Shown in pieces: positions 9,704 through 19,114 of a stretch of DNA of 32,000 bases. The stretch is from the NCBI RefSeq assembly GCF_000341395.1, contig NC_020304.1, positions 3,420,001 to 3,452,000 on the forward strand, given 5' to 3'. The position numbers and the translations under genes were made by a program. Source of the stretch: Desulfocapsa sulfexigens DSM 10523 (GTDB lineage: Bacteria > Desulfobacterota > Desulfobulbia > Desulfobulbales > Desulfocapsaceae). Every line of letters starts with the position of its first letter. Position 1 is the first letter of the stretch. The notes under the pieces were generated by a model. It saw only the letters and a program-made list of their open reading frames with translations, was not told the origin of the DNA and did no database searches.

Positions 9704-10463
9704 CAGAATTTTCAGCAGCCTGGCTCTCGCCCTAGCTGCTTTTCTTTCAGTTCTCGTTCTTTTTCCTGCTTTTAGCCATGCCGTGAGTATGCCAACCATC
9801 AGTTTTGGAGTGGAAAATGCTACTAACCCTGAACAGGTTTCCACGGGACTGCAGGTTCTGTTTCTTCTTACCATTCTCTCAATTGCCCCGGCGATTCTTC
9901 TCATGACCACCTGTTTTACCCGTATTGTCATCGTTCTCGGCTTTGTCCGTCAGGCAATGGGAACCCAAAACATGCCTCCAACCCAGATCATTATTGGACT
10001 TGCCCTTTTCTTAAGTTTTTTCATTATGGCCCCCACCTTAAACAAGATAAACGAAGAGGCTCTGCAACCCTATCTCAATGAGGAAATCAACCAAAATGAT
10101 GCACTGAGCAAAGCTGTAGAACCCATGCGTGATTTCATGTTTTCCCAGGTTAAGGAATCGGATCTCAGTATGCTGTCTGACATCACCATGAATAACGAAC
10201 CATTTGACAAAAATGATATCCCCACGATGACTCTTATTCCCGCTTTTATGCTCTCGGAGCTTAAGCGTTCATTTCAAATGGGGTTTATGATCTATGTCCC
10301 TTTTCTGGTAATAGATATGATCGTGGCATCCATTCTCATGTCCATGGGTATGATGATGCTTCCTCCGGTAATTATCTCCATGCCCTTCAAACTTCTTCTC
10401 TTTGTCTTAGTAGATGGCTGGGCCTTGATTGTCGGTTCACTCCTTAAAAGTTTTCAGGGCTGA
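9684..10463 (+). CDS. fliP: Flagellar biosynthetic protein FliP (overlaps fliO end)
   Basis: VLFLLTILSIAPAILLMTTCFTRIVIVLGFVRQAMGTQNMPPTQIIIGLALFLSFFIMAPT. Confidence 0.98.
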   Translation: MKTSLHNRIFSSLALALAAFLSVLVLFPAFSHAVSMPTISFGVENATNPEQVSTGLQVLFLLTILSIAPAILLMTTCFTRIVIVLGFVRQAMGTQNMPPTQIIIGLALFLSFFIMAPTLNKINEEALQPYLNEEINQNDALSKAVEPMRDFMFSQVKESDLSMLSDITMNNEPFDKNDIPTMTLIPAFMLSELKRSFQMGFMIYVPFLVIDMIVASILMSMGMMMLPPVIISMPFKLLLFVLVDGWALIVGSLLKSFQG

Positions 10464-10464
10464 T

Positions 10465-10728
10465 ATGACAGACGAATTTGTTGTAGATATCTGCAGAAAA
10501 GCGATCCAGACTGCTCTTATGATTTCCGGTCCGATGCTCCTAGCCGGAATGATTATAGGACTCATCGTATCAATTTTTCAGGCAACAACACAAATAAACG
10601 AACAAACTCTGACCTTTATCCCAAAAATTATCGCTGTTTTTATTACGCTCCTTCTCATGACCCCCTGGATGATTCACACGATGACATCCTTTGCAACAGC
10701 AATTTTCACAACCATAGCGACCTTTTAA
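10465..10728 (+). CDS. fliQ: Flagellar biosynthetic protein FliQ (start re-assigned from 10429 to 10465)
   Basis: MTDEFVVDICRKAIQTALMISGPMLLAGMIIGLIVSIFQATTQINEQTLTFIPKIIAVF. Confidence 0.96.
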   Translation: MTDEFVVDICRKAIQTALMISGPMLLAGMIIGLIVSIFQATTQINEQTLTFIPKIIAVFITLLLMTPWMIHTMTSFATAIFTTIATF

Positions 10729-10733
10729 ATCCG

Positions 10734-11513
10734 GTGGATTTTCAGCTGATCCCTATACAAGAATTCCAGATATTTCTTGTCTGTCTTTCCCGGGTTGCTG
10801 GCTTTGTCGGAGCTATTCCTATTCTTCTCGCTACTCAAACGCCTGCACAGCTAAAGGCAGCCCTGGTTTTTATGATTGCTCTTGTGCTCTTTCCCGTAAT
10901 GGAACCTTCCATTCCTCCCCTTTCTTTTCAACCAGGAACATTCCTTCTGCTCATGGTATCAGAAGTATTACTTGGCTCCATGATAGGGCTGGTTGCACTA
11001 ATGATTTTCACAGCGGTCGAATATGGTGGAACGGTAATTGGATATCAAATGGGTTTTGCAGCAGCCAATATATTTGATCCCTCAGCCGAACGGCAACTAG
11101 CCCTTATTTCACAATTTCAGAATGTTTTTGCCATTCTTATATTCCTCGCCATTGACGGACACCATGTGTTTCTACAGGTGGCCGCTGAGTCGTACAGAAT
11201 ACTCCCTCCTGGCGTCTTTAATATTTCAGGTGAAGCCATCCCGTACCTGATCACCTTGTCATCCAGAATTTTCCTGTTGGGCATTCAGTTCAGTGCACCC
11301 GTACTGACCGTACTCCTTCTCTCCGGTTTAATTCTCGGTATTCTTGCCCGGGTATTCCCTCAACTCAACGTATTTCTCCTCTCATTTCCTCTGAACATAG
11401 GCATCTCATTTACAGTCATTGGTTTGACACTGCCATTGGTAACCATCCTGTTAAGACGAGAATTTGACAATCTTGGGGAGCGATTCTTCACTGTCCTGCA
11501 ACTGCTAAACTAG
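10734..11513 (+). CDS. fliR: Flagellar biosynthetic protein FliR
   Basis: Multi-TM protein, RVAGFVGAIPIL..., VMLLSGLILGILARVFPQLNVFLLSFPLNIGISF; position after fliQ. Confidence 0.95.
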   Translation: MDFQLIPIQEFQIFLVCLSRVAGFVGAIPILLATQTPAQLKAALVFMIALVLFPVMEPSIPPLSFQPGTFLLLMVSEVLLGSMIGLVALMIFTAVEYGGTVIGYQMGFAAANIFDPSAERQLALISQFQNVFAILIFLAIDGHHVFLQVAAESYRILPPGVFNISGEAIPYLITLSSRIFLLGIQFSAPVLTVLLLSGLILGILARVFPQLNVFLLSFPLNIGISFTVIGLTLPLVTILLRREFDNLGERFFTVLQLLN

Positions 11514-11588
11514 CCCTCATATGCACCCACCTTCACTCGTGAGAAATGGGGTCTAGAAAACTATCCCTCTTCTCCCAAGCAGCAGCCA

Positions 11589-11604
11589 TGGCAAACTACT
11601 TGCA
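11589..11604 (+). promoter_or_regulatory. Predicted sigma-54 promoter for flhB-flhA-flhF-flhG-fliA
   Basis: TGGCAAACTACTTGCA: TGGCA and TTGCA boxes with canonical GG-to-GC spacing, about 45 bp upstream of the flhB ATG, in the fliR-flhB gap. Confidence 0.75.
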
Positions 11605-11649
11605 ACGAAATCACCTCTCATAGCCCCTTAATTCAACTTACTGATTACT

Positions 11650-12711
11650 ATGGCCGAAGAATCCTCCAGTGGTGGAGAAAAAACAGAAGCTCCGTCGAGT
11701 AAACGTAGAACTGATTTTAGAAAAAAAGGTCAGGTAGCTCAAAGTAAAGAGGTGCAGACAGCCGCTCTTTTCACATTAGTCCTCCTTTTCTGGATTTTCT
11801 ATATGCCCAGCTTCTGGAGCAGCATGTCAGAGCTCCTCGCAACGCTCTGGAGGAATTTATCGGTTTTTGACGGATCATCCAGCGGCATTACCAGCCTGGC
11901 AATCTTCCTTGTTAAGAATATGGCAGTCCTTCTCGCACCTCTCTTTGTTCTTGTCATGATCATTGGTGTTTTCTCCAGTTTATTTCAAATAGGATGGCTC
12001 TTTACCACCCAACCGCTGGCACCAGACTTTAGCAAACTCGATCCTATAAAAGGTTTTGGACGGATGTTCTCCATGAAAAGCCTTGTCGATCTGGTCAAAT
12101 CCATCCTTAAAATTATATTGATCGCCTGGGTAGCCTACTCAACTGTCCTAAACAACTTTGAAGAGGCATTAATCCTTGTTGATACCAGTGTCACCGAAGC
12201 TATCCTCTATCTTGGACGGACTGCAACCCTTATCCTGGCGAAGGTGTGTGCTATTCTGATACTTATTGCAGCCATTGACTTTCTTTACACACGTTACGAG
12301 ATGGAAGAAAAAATGAAAATGACCAAACAGGAAGTAAAAGAAGAATACAAAGAGATGGAAGGTGACCCCTATATCAAGAGTCAAATCAGGCGGATCCAAC
12401 AGGAGATGGCTCGGAAACGAATGATGGCTGAAGTTCCCGATGCCGACGTCGTTGTCACCAACCCTACTCACTTTGCCGTTGCCATAAAATATGACTCCCT
12501 TTCCATGGATTCCCCTGTTGTAATTGCCAAGGGGGCCGACCATGTCGCCATGCGGATCCGAGAGATAGCTCGAGAAAACAATGTCCCTCTGATAGAAAAC
12601 CCACCTGTGGCTCGATTATTGCATAATATTGACCTAGGGGCTGCTATTCCTGAAGAGCTTTTCAAGGCCGTAGCTGAAATCCTCGCACATGTGTACTCAT
12701 TAAAAAAATAG
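11650..12711 (+). CDS. flhB: Flagellar biosynthetic protein FlhB
   Basis: EKTEAPSSKRRTDFRKKGQVAQSKEVQTA N terminus; VVVTNPTHFAVAIKYD autocleavage NPTH motif. Confidence 0.98.
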   Translation: MAEESSSGGEKTEAPSSKRRTDFRKKGQVAQSKEVQTAALFTLVLLFWIFYMPSFWSSMSELLATLWRNLSVFDGSSSGITSLAIFLVKNMAVLLAPLFVLVMIIGVFSSLFQIGWLFTTQPLAPDFSKLDPIKGFGRMFSMKSLVDLVKSILKIILIAWVAYSTVLNNFEEALILVDTSVTEAILYLGRTATLILAKVCAILILIAAIDFLYTRYEMEEKMKMTKQEVKEEYKEMEGDPYIKSQIRRIQQEMARKRMMAEVPDADVVVTNPTHFAVAIKYDSLSMDSPVVIAKGADHVAMRIREIARENNVPLIENPPVARLLHNIDLGAAIPEELFKAVAEILAHVYSLKK

Positions 12712-12720
12712 TGTAATGAA

Positions 12721-14820
12721 ATGGAACTAACAGGTCAGGGAAGCATATTAAACAGATTGAACGTGAGGGCTCTTCTTCAGCGTGCAGATATCATGGCCGC
12801 TTTTGGGCTGGTTGGTATCCTGATGATTATGATCATCCCTCTACCTTCACTGCTGCTCGATCTGTTTCTCTCAATGAACATAACCGTTGCCCTGCTTATT
12901 CTGATTATCAGTCTTTTCACGGTTAAGGCTATTGATTTTTCAATCTTTCCTGCAGTTCTCCTTGCAACCACTCTCTTCAGGCTCTCTCTTAATGTCGCCT
13001 CCACCCGTTTAATTCTTTTACAGGGTCACGAAGGACCGTCTGCCGCAGGATCTGTTATTCAATCCTTCGGGCAATTTGTAGTTGGAGGCAATTACGTTGT
13101 CGGCCTGGTTATCTTTATCATACTGGTACTTATCAACTTTATGGTTATCACCAAGGGTGCTGGACGAGTAGCTGAAGTTGCCGCCCGTTTCACCCTGGAT
13201 GCCATGCCAGGTAAACAGATGGCCATTGATGCAGACCTTAATGCAGGCCTTATTGATGAAAACGAAGCACGTCAGCGCAGGGAAGAAATCAGCAATGAAG
13301 CCAGTTTCCATGGCTCCATGGATGGTGCTTCCAAGTTTGTTAAAGGGGATGCCATTGCCGGTATCATCATAACCCTTATTAATATTGGTGCTGGCTTTAT
13401 CATTGGTGTTCTGCAAAAAGGGATGCCCATGGCTGAGGCTGCTGCCAATTATACCATCCTCACCGTTGGTGATGGACTCGTAGGGCAAATTCCTGCACTT
13501 ATCATTTCAACTGCCGCTGGTCTTCTAGTTACACGCTCATCCGGAGACACCGATTTCGGTTCAGACTTAAAAGTTCAATTCAGCAGATACGCTGTTGCTT
13601 TCTGGGTTGTCTCAGTTCTCCTTATGATTTTGGCGATTACTCCTGGGCTTCCCTTTATACCTTTTCTCCTTCTTTCCCTGGCACTTGGGTACACTGCGTA
13701 TCAACTTGACAAGGTCAAGCGAATTGAAGAGACACAGTTGACAGATGAAACCATTCAGGAACCTTCTGTTAAAAAAGAAGAAAACTATGAAGAGCTTCTT
13801 AATGTTGACCTGCTTCAACTTGAAGTTGGCTACGGTCTTATTCCATTTGTGGACGCCTCACAGGATGGAGAACTCCTTACCCGCATCCAATCCATCCGTC
13901 GCCAGTTTGCCATGAACAATGGTTTTATTGTTCCGCCAGTCCACATTAAAGACAACCTGCAACTTTCTCCCAACCAATATACCCTTTCGCTAAAAGGCGT
14001 TGAAGTTGCTCAGTCCGAAATGCTCCCTGGCCACTTCATGGCCATGGATCCAGGCATGGTAACGGAAAAAATCAAGGGTGTCCCCACTCAAGAACCTGCT
14101 TTTGGACTCCCTGCCATCTGGATAACAGAAGACAAAAAAGAAAGGGCCCAGATTGCAGGTTATACAGTTGTTGACTGTACAACTGTCATGGCCACCCATA
14201 TTTCCGAAATCATCAAACAACATGCCCATGAGCTGATAGGCAGGCAGGAGGTTCAGAACCTCATCGACAACCTTGGCAAAACCTATCCGAAATTAATTGA
14301 AGAGCTGATTCCATCTGTCCTTTCCCTTGGAACCATAATGAGAATCCTCCAGAATCTTCTCTCTGAAGGTGTTTCCATTCGTGACCTGCGGACCATTCTT
14401 GAATCCATGGCAGACTGGGCTCCCGTCACTAAAGACACAGACATTCTCACCGAATATGTACGCCATGCCCTTGCAAGAAGCATCAGTCAGGATATCGCAA
14501 TAAATAATGTAATTCCTCTTATTTCTCTCAGTAAACGAGTCGAAGACGAAATTGCACAATCGGTGCAGCACAAGGAAACCGGCAGTTACCTTGCCATTGA
14601 TCCTGCAAAAGCGCAGCTGATCCTGGATTCCATTGGCCAGGCCATTCCACTTTTTGAAGGTGGTCAACGACCAACCCTTCTTGCTGCCCCACAGATACGT
14701 CCCCATGTACGAAAACTTACCGAACGATATTTTCCGCAGCTGGTTGTCATCTCACACAATGAGATACTTCCAAATATTAAAATCAGATCAATTGGCAGCG
14801 TGACCCTGGATGCAAGTTAA
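12721..14820 (+). CDS. flhA: Flagellar biosynthesis protein FlhA
   Basis: RLSLNVASTRLILLQGHEG, DLNAGLIDENEARQRREEISNEASFHGSMDGASKFVKGDAIAGIII, C-terminal RKLTERYFPQLVVISHNEI. Confidence 0.99.
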   Translation: MELTGQGSILNRLNVRALLQRADIMAAFGLVGILMIMIIPLPSLLLDLFLSMNITVALLILIISLFTVKAIDFSIFPAVLLATTLFRLSLNVASTRLILLQGHEGPSAAGSVIQSFGQFVVGGNYVVGLVIFIILVLINFMVITKGAGRVAEVAARFTLDAMPGKQMAIDADLNAGLIDENEARQRREEISNEASFHGSMDGASKFVKGDAIAGIIITLINIGAGFIIGVLQKGMPMAEAAANYTILTVGDGLVGQIPALIISTAAGLLVTRSSGDTDFGSDLKVQFSRYAVAFWVVSVLLMILAITPGLPFIPFLLLSLALGYTAYQLDKVKRIEETQLTDETIQEPSVKKEENYEELLNVDLLQLEVGYGLIPFVDASQDGELLTRIQSIRRQFAMNNGFIVPPVHIKDNLQLSPNQYTLSLKGVEVAQSEMLPGHFMAMDPGMVTEKIKGVPTQEPAFGLPAIWITEDKKERAQIAGYTVVDCTTVMATHISEIIKQHAHELIGRQEVQNLIDNLGKTYPKLIEELIPSVLSLGTIMRILQNLLSEGVSIRDLRTILESMADWAPVTKDTDILTEYVRHALARSISQDIAINNVIPLISLSKRVEDEIAQSVQHKETGSYLAIDPAKAQLILDSIGQAIPLFEGGQRPTLLAAPQIRPHVRKLTERYFPQLVVISHNEILPNIKIRSIGSVTLDAS

Positions 14821-16123
14821 AGTATTCGAATCTAAAGACATGGCAACTGGCCTGCGAATGGTTAAGGCAGAACTTGGTCCTGATGCCCTTATCCTGTCCA
14901 CTAAGACTATTCGTTCAGGAAAACTTGGGCTTCTAGGGAAAAGTCATTTTGAAATCACTGCCGCCATTGACAGTTCATGGCCCCACAAAGGTGGGAAATC
15001 CTTACCAGTTGAAGACGAGTCTCACAGGGATACTCTTGACTCTGAGCGCGAGATGCTCCTTTCTTCTCACCGAGAGCATATGACAGAGGACGGTCTTACC
15101 TATAACTCTTCTTCACGTCTGAACGGATCTTCTCTATCAAGGGAGTCAGTATCTCCTGTAAAAAAGAAAGAATTTATTCCAGAAGAGCAATCGCCTTTGC
15201 AGGAAGAAGTCAATGAACTGAAGGCCATGATCAAGAATCTCGGCCAGGAAATGCTCAGAATAAACCGTCACCAGGGTGGATCAACAACAGGTAATGACTT
15301 CAAAAATTCTGGAACTGAGGACGTACCACTCCACTCCCTGCACCAGCGCCTTCTCGATTATGGTATCAGTGAAGAGACTGCTCAAACCATATCAAGTTTT
15401 GCCAAGGAGTCACTGACACTGGATGAAATTTCAGATCCTTTCAAACAGCAGCAATTCGTCGCGACAACGATCAACGATCTCCTCCGGGTTCGTCCAGACA
15501 TATTCCAGGAAAACAGACGACAGCATCGGATTGCTTTGGTGGGCCCTACCGGTGTTGGTAAAACAACTACACTTGCCAAAATTGCCGCAAGTTTCCTTAG
15601 CAATCACTCTGGGAGTATCGGATTTATAACCGTAGACACATACAGAATTGCCGCCGTTGAGCAGCTAAAAGTGTATGGCGATATAATGAATATCCCTGTT
15701 GAAGTTGTCCTTAACCCGGAACAACTGGAAAATGCACTGCTTAAATTTCGGGACAAAGATCTTGTCCTCATTGATACAGCGGGAAGAAGTCCGCAGGACA
15801 GTTTCTGTATCGACGAGCTTGTTTCCTTTTTCCGTCCGGATTTTTCCATTGAGAAGCACCTTGTTCTTTCCGCCACCACTCGTGAAAATGAACTTTTTAA
15901 TACTTTTCAGCGTTTCTCGGTTCTCGGAATTGACCATGCAATTATCACCAAAATTGATGAATGCACAAGCCTTGGCCTCCTGCTTGACATTCAAATCCGG
16001 GAACAGATCCCCTACTCCTACATCACCAATGGCCAAAGAGTCCCGGAAGATATAATAGAAGCAGACAGAGAAGTTTTGACTCAGCTGATTATGTCCCCCG
16101 GCAAAGGATTACCCTATGAATAA
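14810..16123 (+). CDS. flhF: Flagellar SRP-like GTPase FlhF
   Basis: MQVKVFESKDMATGLRMVKAELGPDALILSTKTIR; IALVGPTGVGKTTTLAKIAA; IDTAGRSPQD; ITKIDECTSLG. Confidence 0.98.
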   Translation: MQVKVFESKDMATGLRMVKAELGPDALILSTKTIRSGKLGLLGKSHFEITAAIDSSWPHKGGKSLPVEDESHRDTLDSEREMLLSSHREHMTEDGLTYNSSSRLNGSSLSRESVSPVKKKEFIPEEQSPLQEEVNELKAMIKNLGQEMLRINRHQGGSTTGNDFKNSGTEDVPLHSLHQRLLDYGISEETAQTISSFAKESLTLDEISDPFKQQQFVATTINDLLRVRPDIFQENRRQHRIALVGPTGVGKTTTLAKIAASFLSNHSGSIGFITVDTYRIAAVEQLKVYGDIMNIPVEVVLNPEQLENALLKFRDKDLVLIDTAGRSPQDSFCIDELVSFFRPDFSIEKHLVLSATTRENELFNTFQRFSVLGIDHAIITKIDECTSLGLLLDIQIREQIPYSYITNGQRVPEDIIEADREVLTQLIMSPGKGLPYE

Positions 16124-17024
16124 TTCACGTTCTGCTGTGCAGGATCAAGCCGATACTCTAAGAGGAATGGAACGTCTCAGCGATTCGGCCATGACATCTG
16201 AACAAACCGGCACAGCTACCAGAGTATATGCAATTACCAGCGGTAAAGGCGGTGTCGGTAAAACCGCCGTTGTCGCAAATACTGCAACGGCAATGGCAAA
16301 GCTTGGCAAAAAGGTTCTCATACTCGATGCGGATCTTGGCCTCGCCAATATAGACGTAGTCTTTGGGCTGGCCCCAAAATACAACCTCAATCATTTTTTC
16401 TCAGGCGATCATAGTCTCAGCTCGATAATGGTGGACGGACCTCATGGAATAAAAATTCTCCCTGCAGGATCTGGTGTTCAAAATTTCACCAGACTTGATT
16501 CCAGTCAAAAGCTTAAGCTGCTCGACGGTCTGGATCAAATGCACAACGAGTTTGATTTCGTTCTCATAGACACAGAAGCTGGTATTTCTGAAAATGTCAC
16601 CTATTTCAATACTGCCGCTCAGGAGATACTGGTCGTTACCACACCTGACCCTACAGCCATAACCGACGCCTATGCGCTAATGAAGCTTCTTTCAACGCAG
16701 TACCACGAAAAGCGCTTCAATCTTGTGGTCAATCAGATTCAGCACGAAAATGAAGCACTTGATGTATACCGGAAACTCACGATGGTATCTAATCGCTATC
16801 TAGACATATCTATTGATTTTCTTGGTTCCATTCCCTCCGACCGTCAAATGACAGACGCTATCCGCAAACAACGCGTCATCGTCGATCTTTATCCATCCTC
16901 TAAAATATCCACTGCATTTGTCAATCTTGCCCGAACCATCTGTTCAGAACAACCGATATCCACTCCCAAGGGCGGTGTTCAGTTCTTCTGGAAAAGATTG
17001 CTGGATATTAGTGGCAGGGGGTAA
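16116..17024 (+). CDS. flhG: MinD-like flagellar number regulator FlhG/FleN
   Basis: N-terminal DQADTLR motif, YAITSGKGGVGKTAVVANTATAMAKLGKKVLILDADLGLANIDVVFGL. Confidence 0.97.
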   Translation: MNNSRSAVQDQADTLRGMERLSDSAMTSEQTGTATRVYAITSGKGGVGKTAVVANTATAMAKLGKKVLILDADLGLANIDVVFGLAPKYNLNHFFSGDHSLSSIMVDGPHGIKILPAGSGVQNFTRLDSSQKLKLLDGLDQMHNEFDFVLIDTEAGISENVTYFNTAAQEILVVTTPDPTAITDAYALMKLLSTQYHEKRFNLVVNQIQHENEALDVYRKLTMVSNRYLDISIDFLGSIPSDRQMTDAIRKQRVIVDLYPSSKISTAFVNLARTICSEQPISTPKGGVQFFWKRLLDISGRG

Positions 17025-17027
17025 CAC

Positions 17028-17759
17028 ATGGTTTACACTCCTCATAAGCTTCCTGAAGACAGGACAACCCTGATAACTGATCACCTTACCCTTGTTGACA
17101 TCATCGCAGGACGAATGGTTACCCAGGTCCCTTCTTTTATGAATCGTGATGACATTAAGAGTGCGGGAATGATGGGACTTATCGATGCTGCAAATAAATT
17201 TCAGCCGGAAAAGAATATACTTTTCAAAACATTCGCCGAATATCGCATTCGTGGGGCAATCCTTGATGAAATGCGAAAACTTGACTGGTTCTCACGCTCT
17301 CTTCGAGAAAAACAATCCAGTATCAACAGATGCATGATAGAACTTGAAAGAGAACTCGGCCGCTCCCCCGAGGAGCATGAAATGGCAAATAAACTTGAAA
17401 TAAGCCTTGAAGAATATCAGAACCTGCTCGGCCAGGTCAGTCATCTCGGTTGTGTCAGTCTCAATGAAACTCTGGATCATTCCGATACAGGAAGATCATT
17501 CCAGGATGCCCTGATCGATACCCGTAAAGGCTCCTCCCCCGTCAGTATCCTTGAACAGCATGAATTAACACATATCATTGCCGAAATACTTGAACAACTT
17601 TCGGAAAAAGAGCGTCTGGTTGTTTCACTCTACTACTACGAGGAACTCACTCAAAAAGAGATTGCTGAAGTCCTGGAAGTCTCCGAGGGGCGTGTCTCTC
17701 AGCTGCACAGCCAGGCCCTCATCAAATTGAAGACTAAGGCCCAGAATGCCATTCATTAG
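17028..17759 (+). CDS. fliA: Flagellar RNA polymerase sigma factor FliA (sigma-28)
   Basis: MGLIDAANKF...FKTFAEYRIRGAILDEMRKLDWFSRSLREKQ and C-terminal LTQKEIAEVLEVSEGRVSQLHSQALIKLK. Confidence 0.98.
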   Translation: MVYTPHKLPEDRTTLITDHLTLVDIIAGRMVTQVPSFMNRDDIKSAGMMGLIDAANKFQPEKNILFKTFAEYRIRGAILDEMRKLDWFSRSLREKQSSINRCMIELERELGRSPEEHEMANKLEISLEEYQNLLGQVSHLGCVSLNETLDHSDTGRSFQDALIDTRKGSSPVSILEQHELTHIIAEILEQLSEKERLVVSLYYYEELTQKEIAEVLEVSEGRVSQLHSQALIKLKTKAQNAIH

Positions 17760-17784
17760 GTTTTAATACCAATACGGGAACAAA

Positions 17785-18234
17785 ATGTTTGACTATAACC
17801 TGTCACTAACGCTTACAACACTTCTTCTCTGCATTTTGATTTTCTGGCGTTCCCTCGTGCTTCGAAGACAACTAGTTGAAAAATCAGGTCTCCTGCGTAT
17901 TCAGATGTATAAAATTGAAAAAATGAGTCAGGAAATTGAAAATAACGTTCCCTCTGGTAGCGACGAAAAGTTTCAAACCAGTCTCAAACAGGCCACCGTC
18001 ACAACCGAACTGCAGAAACCCCGAAGTTCCCTTGTTAATAATCGTAAAAAGATACGTTCTCCAGAACGCTATAGTTATGTGCAGAACATGCTTCATGCAG
18101 GCATGCCCAAGGAAGAAATTGCCTCAACTCTTGGGATGTCTGGCGGCGAAATCTCTCAAATCCTGAAGCTCACAAAGCTCTGTTGCAGCAGTGAAAACGG
18201 TAAAAACACTTCAAAAACCCTATCACCCGCCTAG
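17785..18234 (+). CDS. Small membrane-anchored protein with C-terminal HTH-like segment, DUF2802/DUF6115-like
   Basis: N-terminal TM (SLTLTTLLLCILIFW), coiled linker, C-terminal YSYVQNMLHAGMPKEEIASTLGMSGGEISQILKL; adjacent to fliA. Confidence 0.6.
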   Translation: MFDYNLSLTLTTLLLCILIFWRSLVLRRQLVEKSGLLRIQMYKIEKMSQEIENNVPSGSDEKFQTSLKQATVTTELQKPRSSLVNNRKKIRSPERYSYVQNMLHAGMPKEEIASTLGMSGGEISQILKLTKLCCSSENGKNTSKTLSPA

Positions 18235-18251
18235 GAACGTGCATTCTACCC

Positions 18252-18279
18252 TAAAGAATCAGAAGCAAACAGCCGATTA
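18252..18279 (+). promoter_or_regulatory. Predicted sigma-28 promoter for flgF operon
   Basis: TAAA-N16-GCCGATTA in the gap before flgF; spacing one base longer than the enterobacterial N15. Confidence 0.6.
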
Positions 18280-18332
18280 AATAAGAGAAAATACATACGT
18301 CATATCAACCAGCTTTACCCCGGAAAAACATT

Positions 18333-19082
18333 ATGGTCTCAGGAAAATACAGTGCCCTTGCAGGAGCCATCTCGCGCGAACAGCGATTGGCAAACATTGC
18401 CACCAATCTCGCGAATGTAAATACCGTTGGCTACAAAAAATCACGGATGAGTTTCGAATCCCTTCTTAGAGGTGAACAGCAGACCAGTGCGGCCAAAGGG
18501 ATCAACTTCAGTCGTGTCCGTGAAAACTTCACAGAATTCACAGAAGGTCCGATCAAGAATACTACCAACCCATTGGACATAGCCATTCATCAGGATGGTT
18601 TTTTTAAAGTCCAGAGTAAAGAAGGTTTCAGATACACAAGAAGAGGTGATTTTCATGTTGATCAGGATGGTACCCTGATGACTGGAAATAACATGCCAGT
18701 GCTCGACGACGGAAATGCCCCTATCTCTATTCCAGGCAATGATACTTCAAAAATATCGGTCAATAGCATTGGGGAGATATCTGTACTTTCAATCGACGGA
18801 ACGCGTGAATTGGTTGGGAAGATAGCTGTTTACACAATGAATGAAAACAACTCTCTAAAAAGAGAATCTGACACTCTGTTCTCACTGGAAACGGGTGGCC
18901 AGGAAGTCCTCAACGAAACCCCACTTCTCAATGTTGGTAGTCTTGAGGTATCTAATGTGAACATGACCGAAGAAATGGCTTTAATGATCGAGAGCACAAG
19001 AACATTTGAAAGTTATCAGAAGGTTATAAAGGCCTATTCTACACTGGGTCAGAAACAAGACGAACTTGGAACCGTCGGCTAG
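18333..19082 (+). CDS. flgF: Flagellar basal-body rod protein FlgF
   Basis: AGAISREQRLANIATNLANVNTVGYKKSRMSFE... ; GFFKVQSKEGFRYTRRGDFHVDQDGTLMT; preceding flgG. Confidence 0.93.
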   Translation: MVSGKYSALAGAISREQRLANIATNLANVNTVGYKKSRMSFESLLRGEQQTSAAKGINFSRVRENFTEFTEGPIKNTTNPLDIAIHQDGFFKVQSKEGFRYTRRGDFHVDQDGTLMTGNNMPVLDDGNAPISIPGNDTSKISVNSIGEISVLSIDGTRELVGKIAVYTMNENNSLKRESDTLFSLETGGQEVLNETPLLNVGSLEVSNVNMTEEMALMIESTRTFESYQKVIKAYSTLGQKQDELGTVG

Positions 19083-19114
19083 TCCGACTTCTAACCAAAG
19101 CTTAAAGGAATATC

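Noticed and set aside
18441-18656. Antisense ORFs of 60-180 aa opposite flgF and many other genes (e.g. 1626-2174 -, 6248-6769 -, 15665-16036 -, 20007-20453 -, 22253-22615 -)
   Set aside because: Each lies opposite a well-supported conserved flagellar gene and has low-complexity or non-protein-like composition; none has recognisable domains, so they are read as shadow ORFs.
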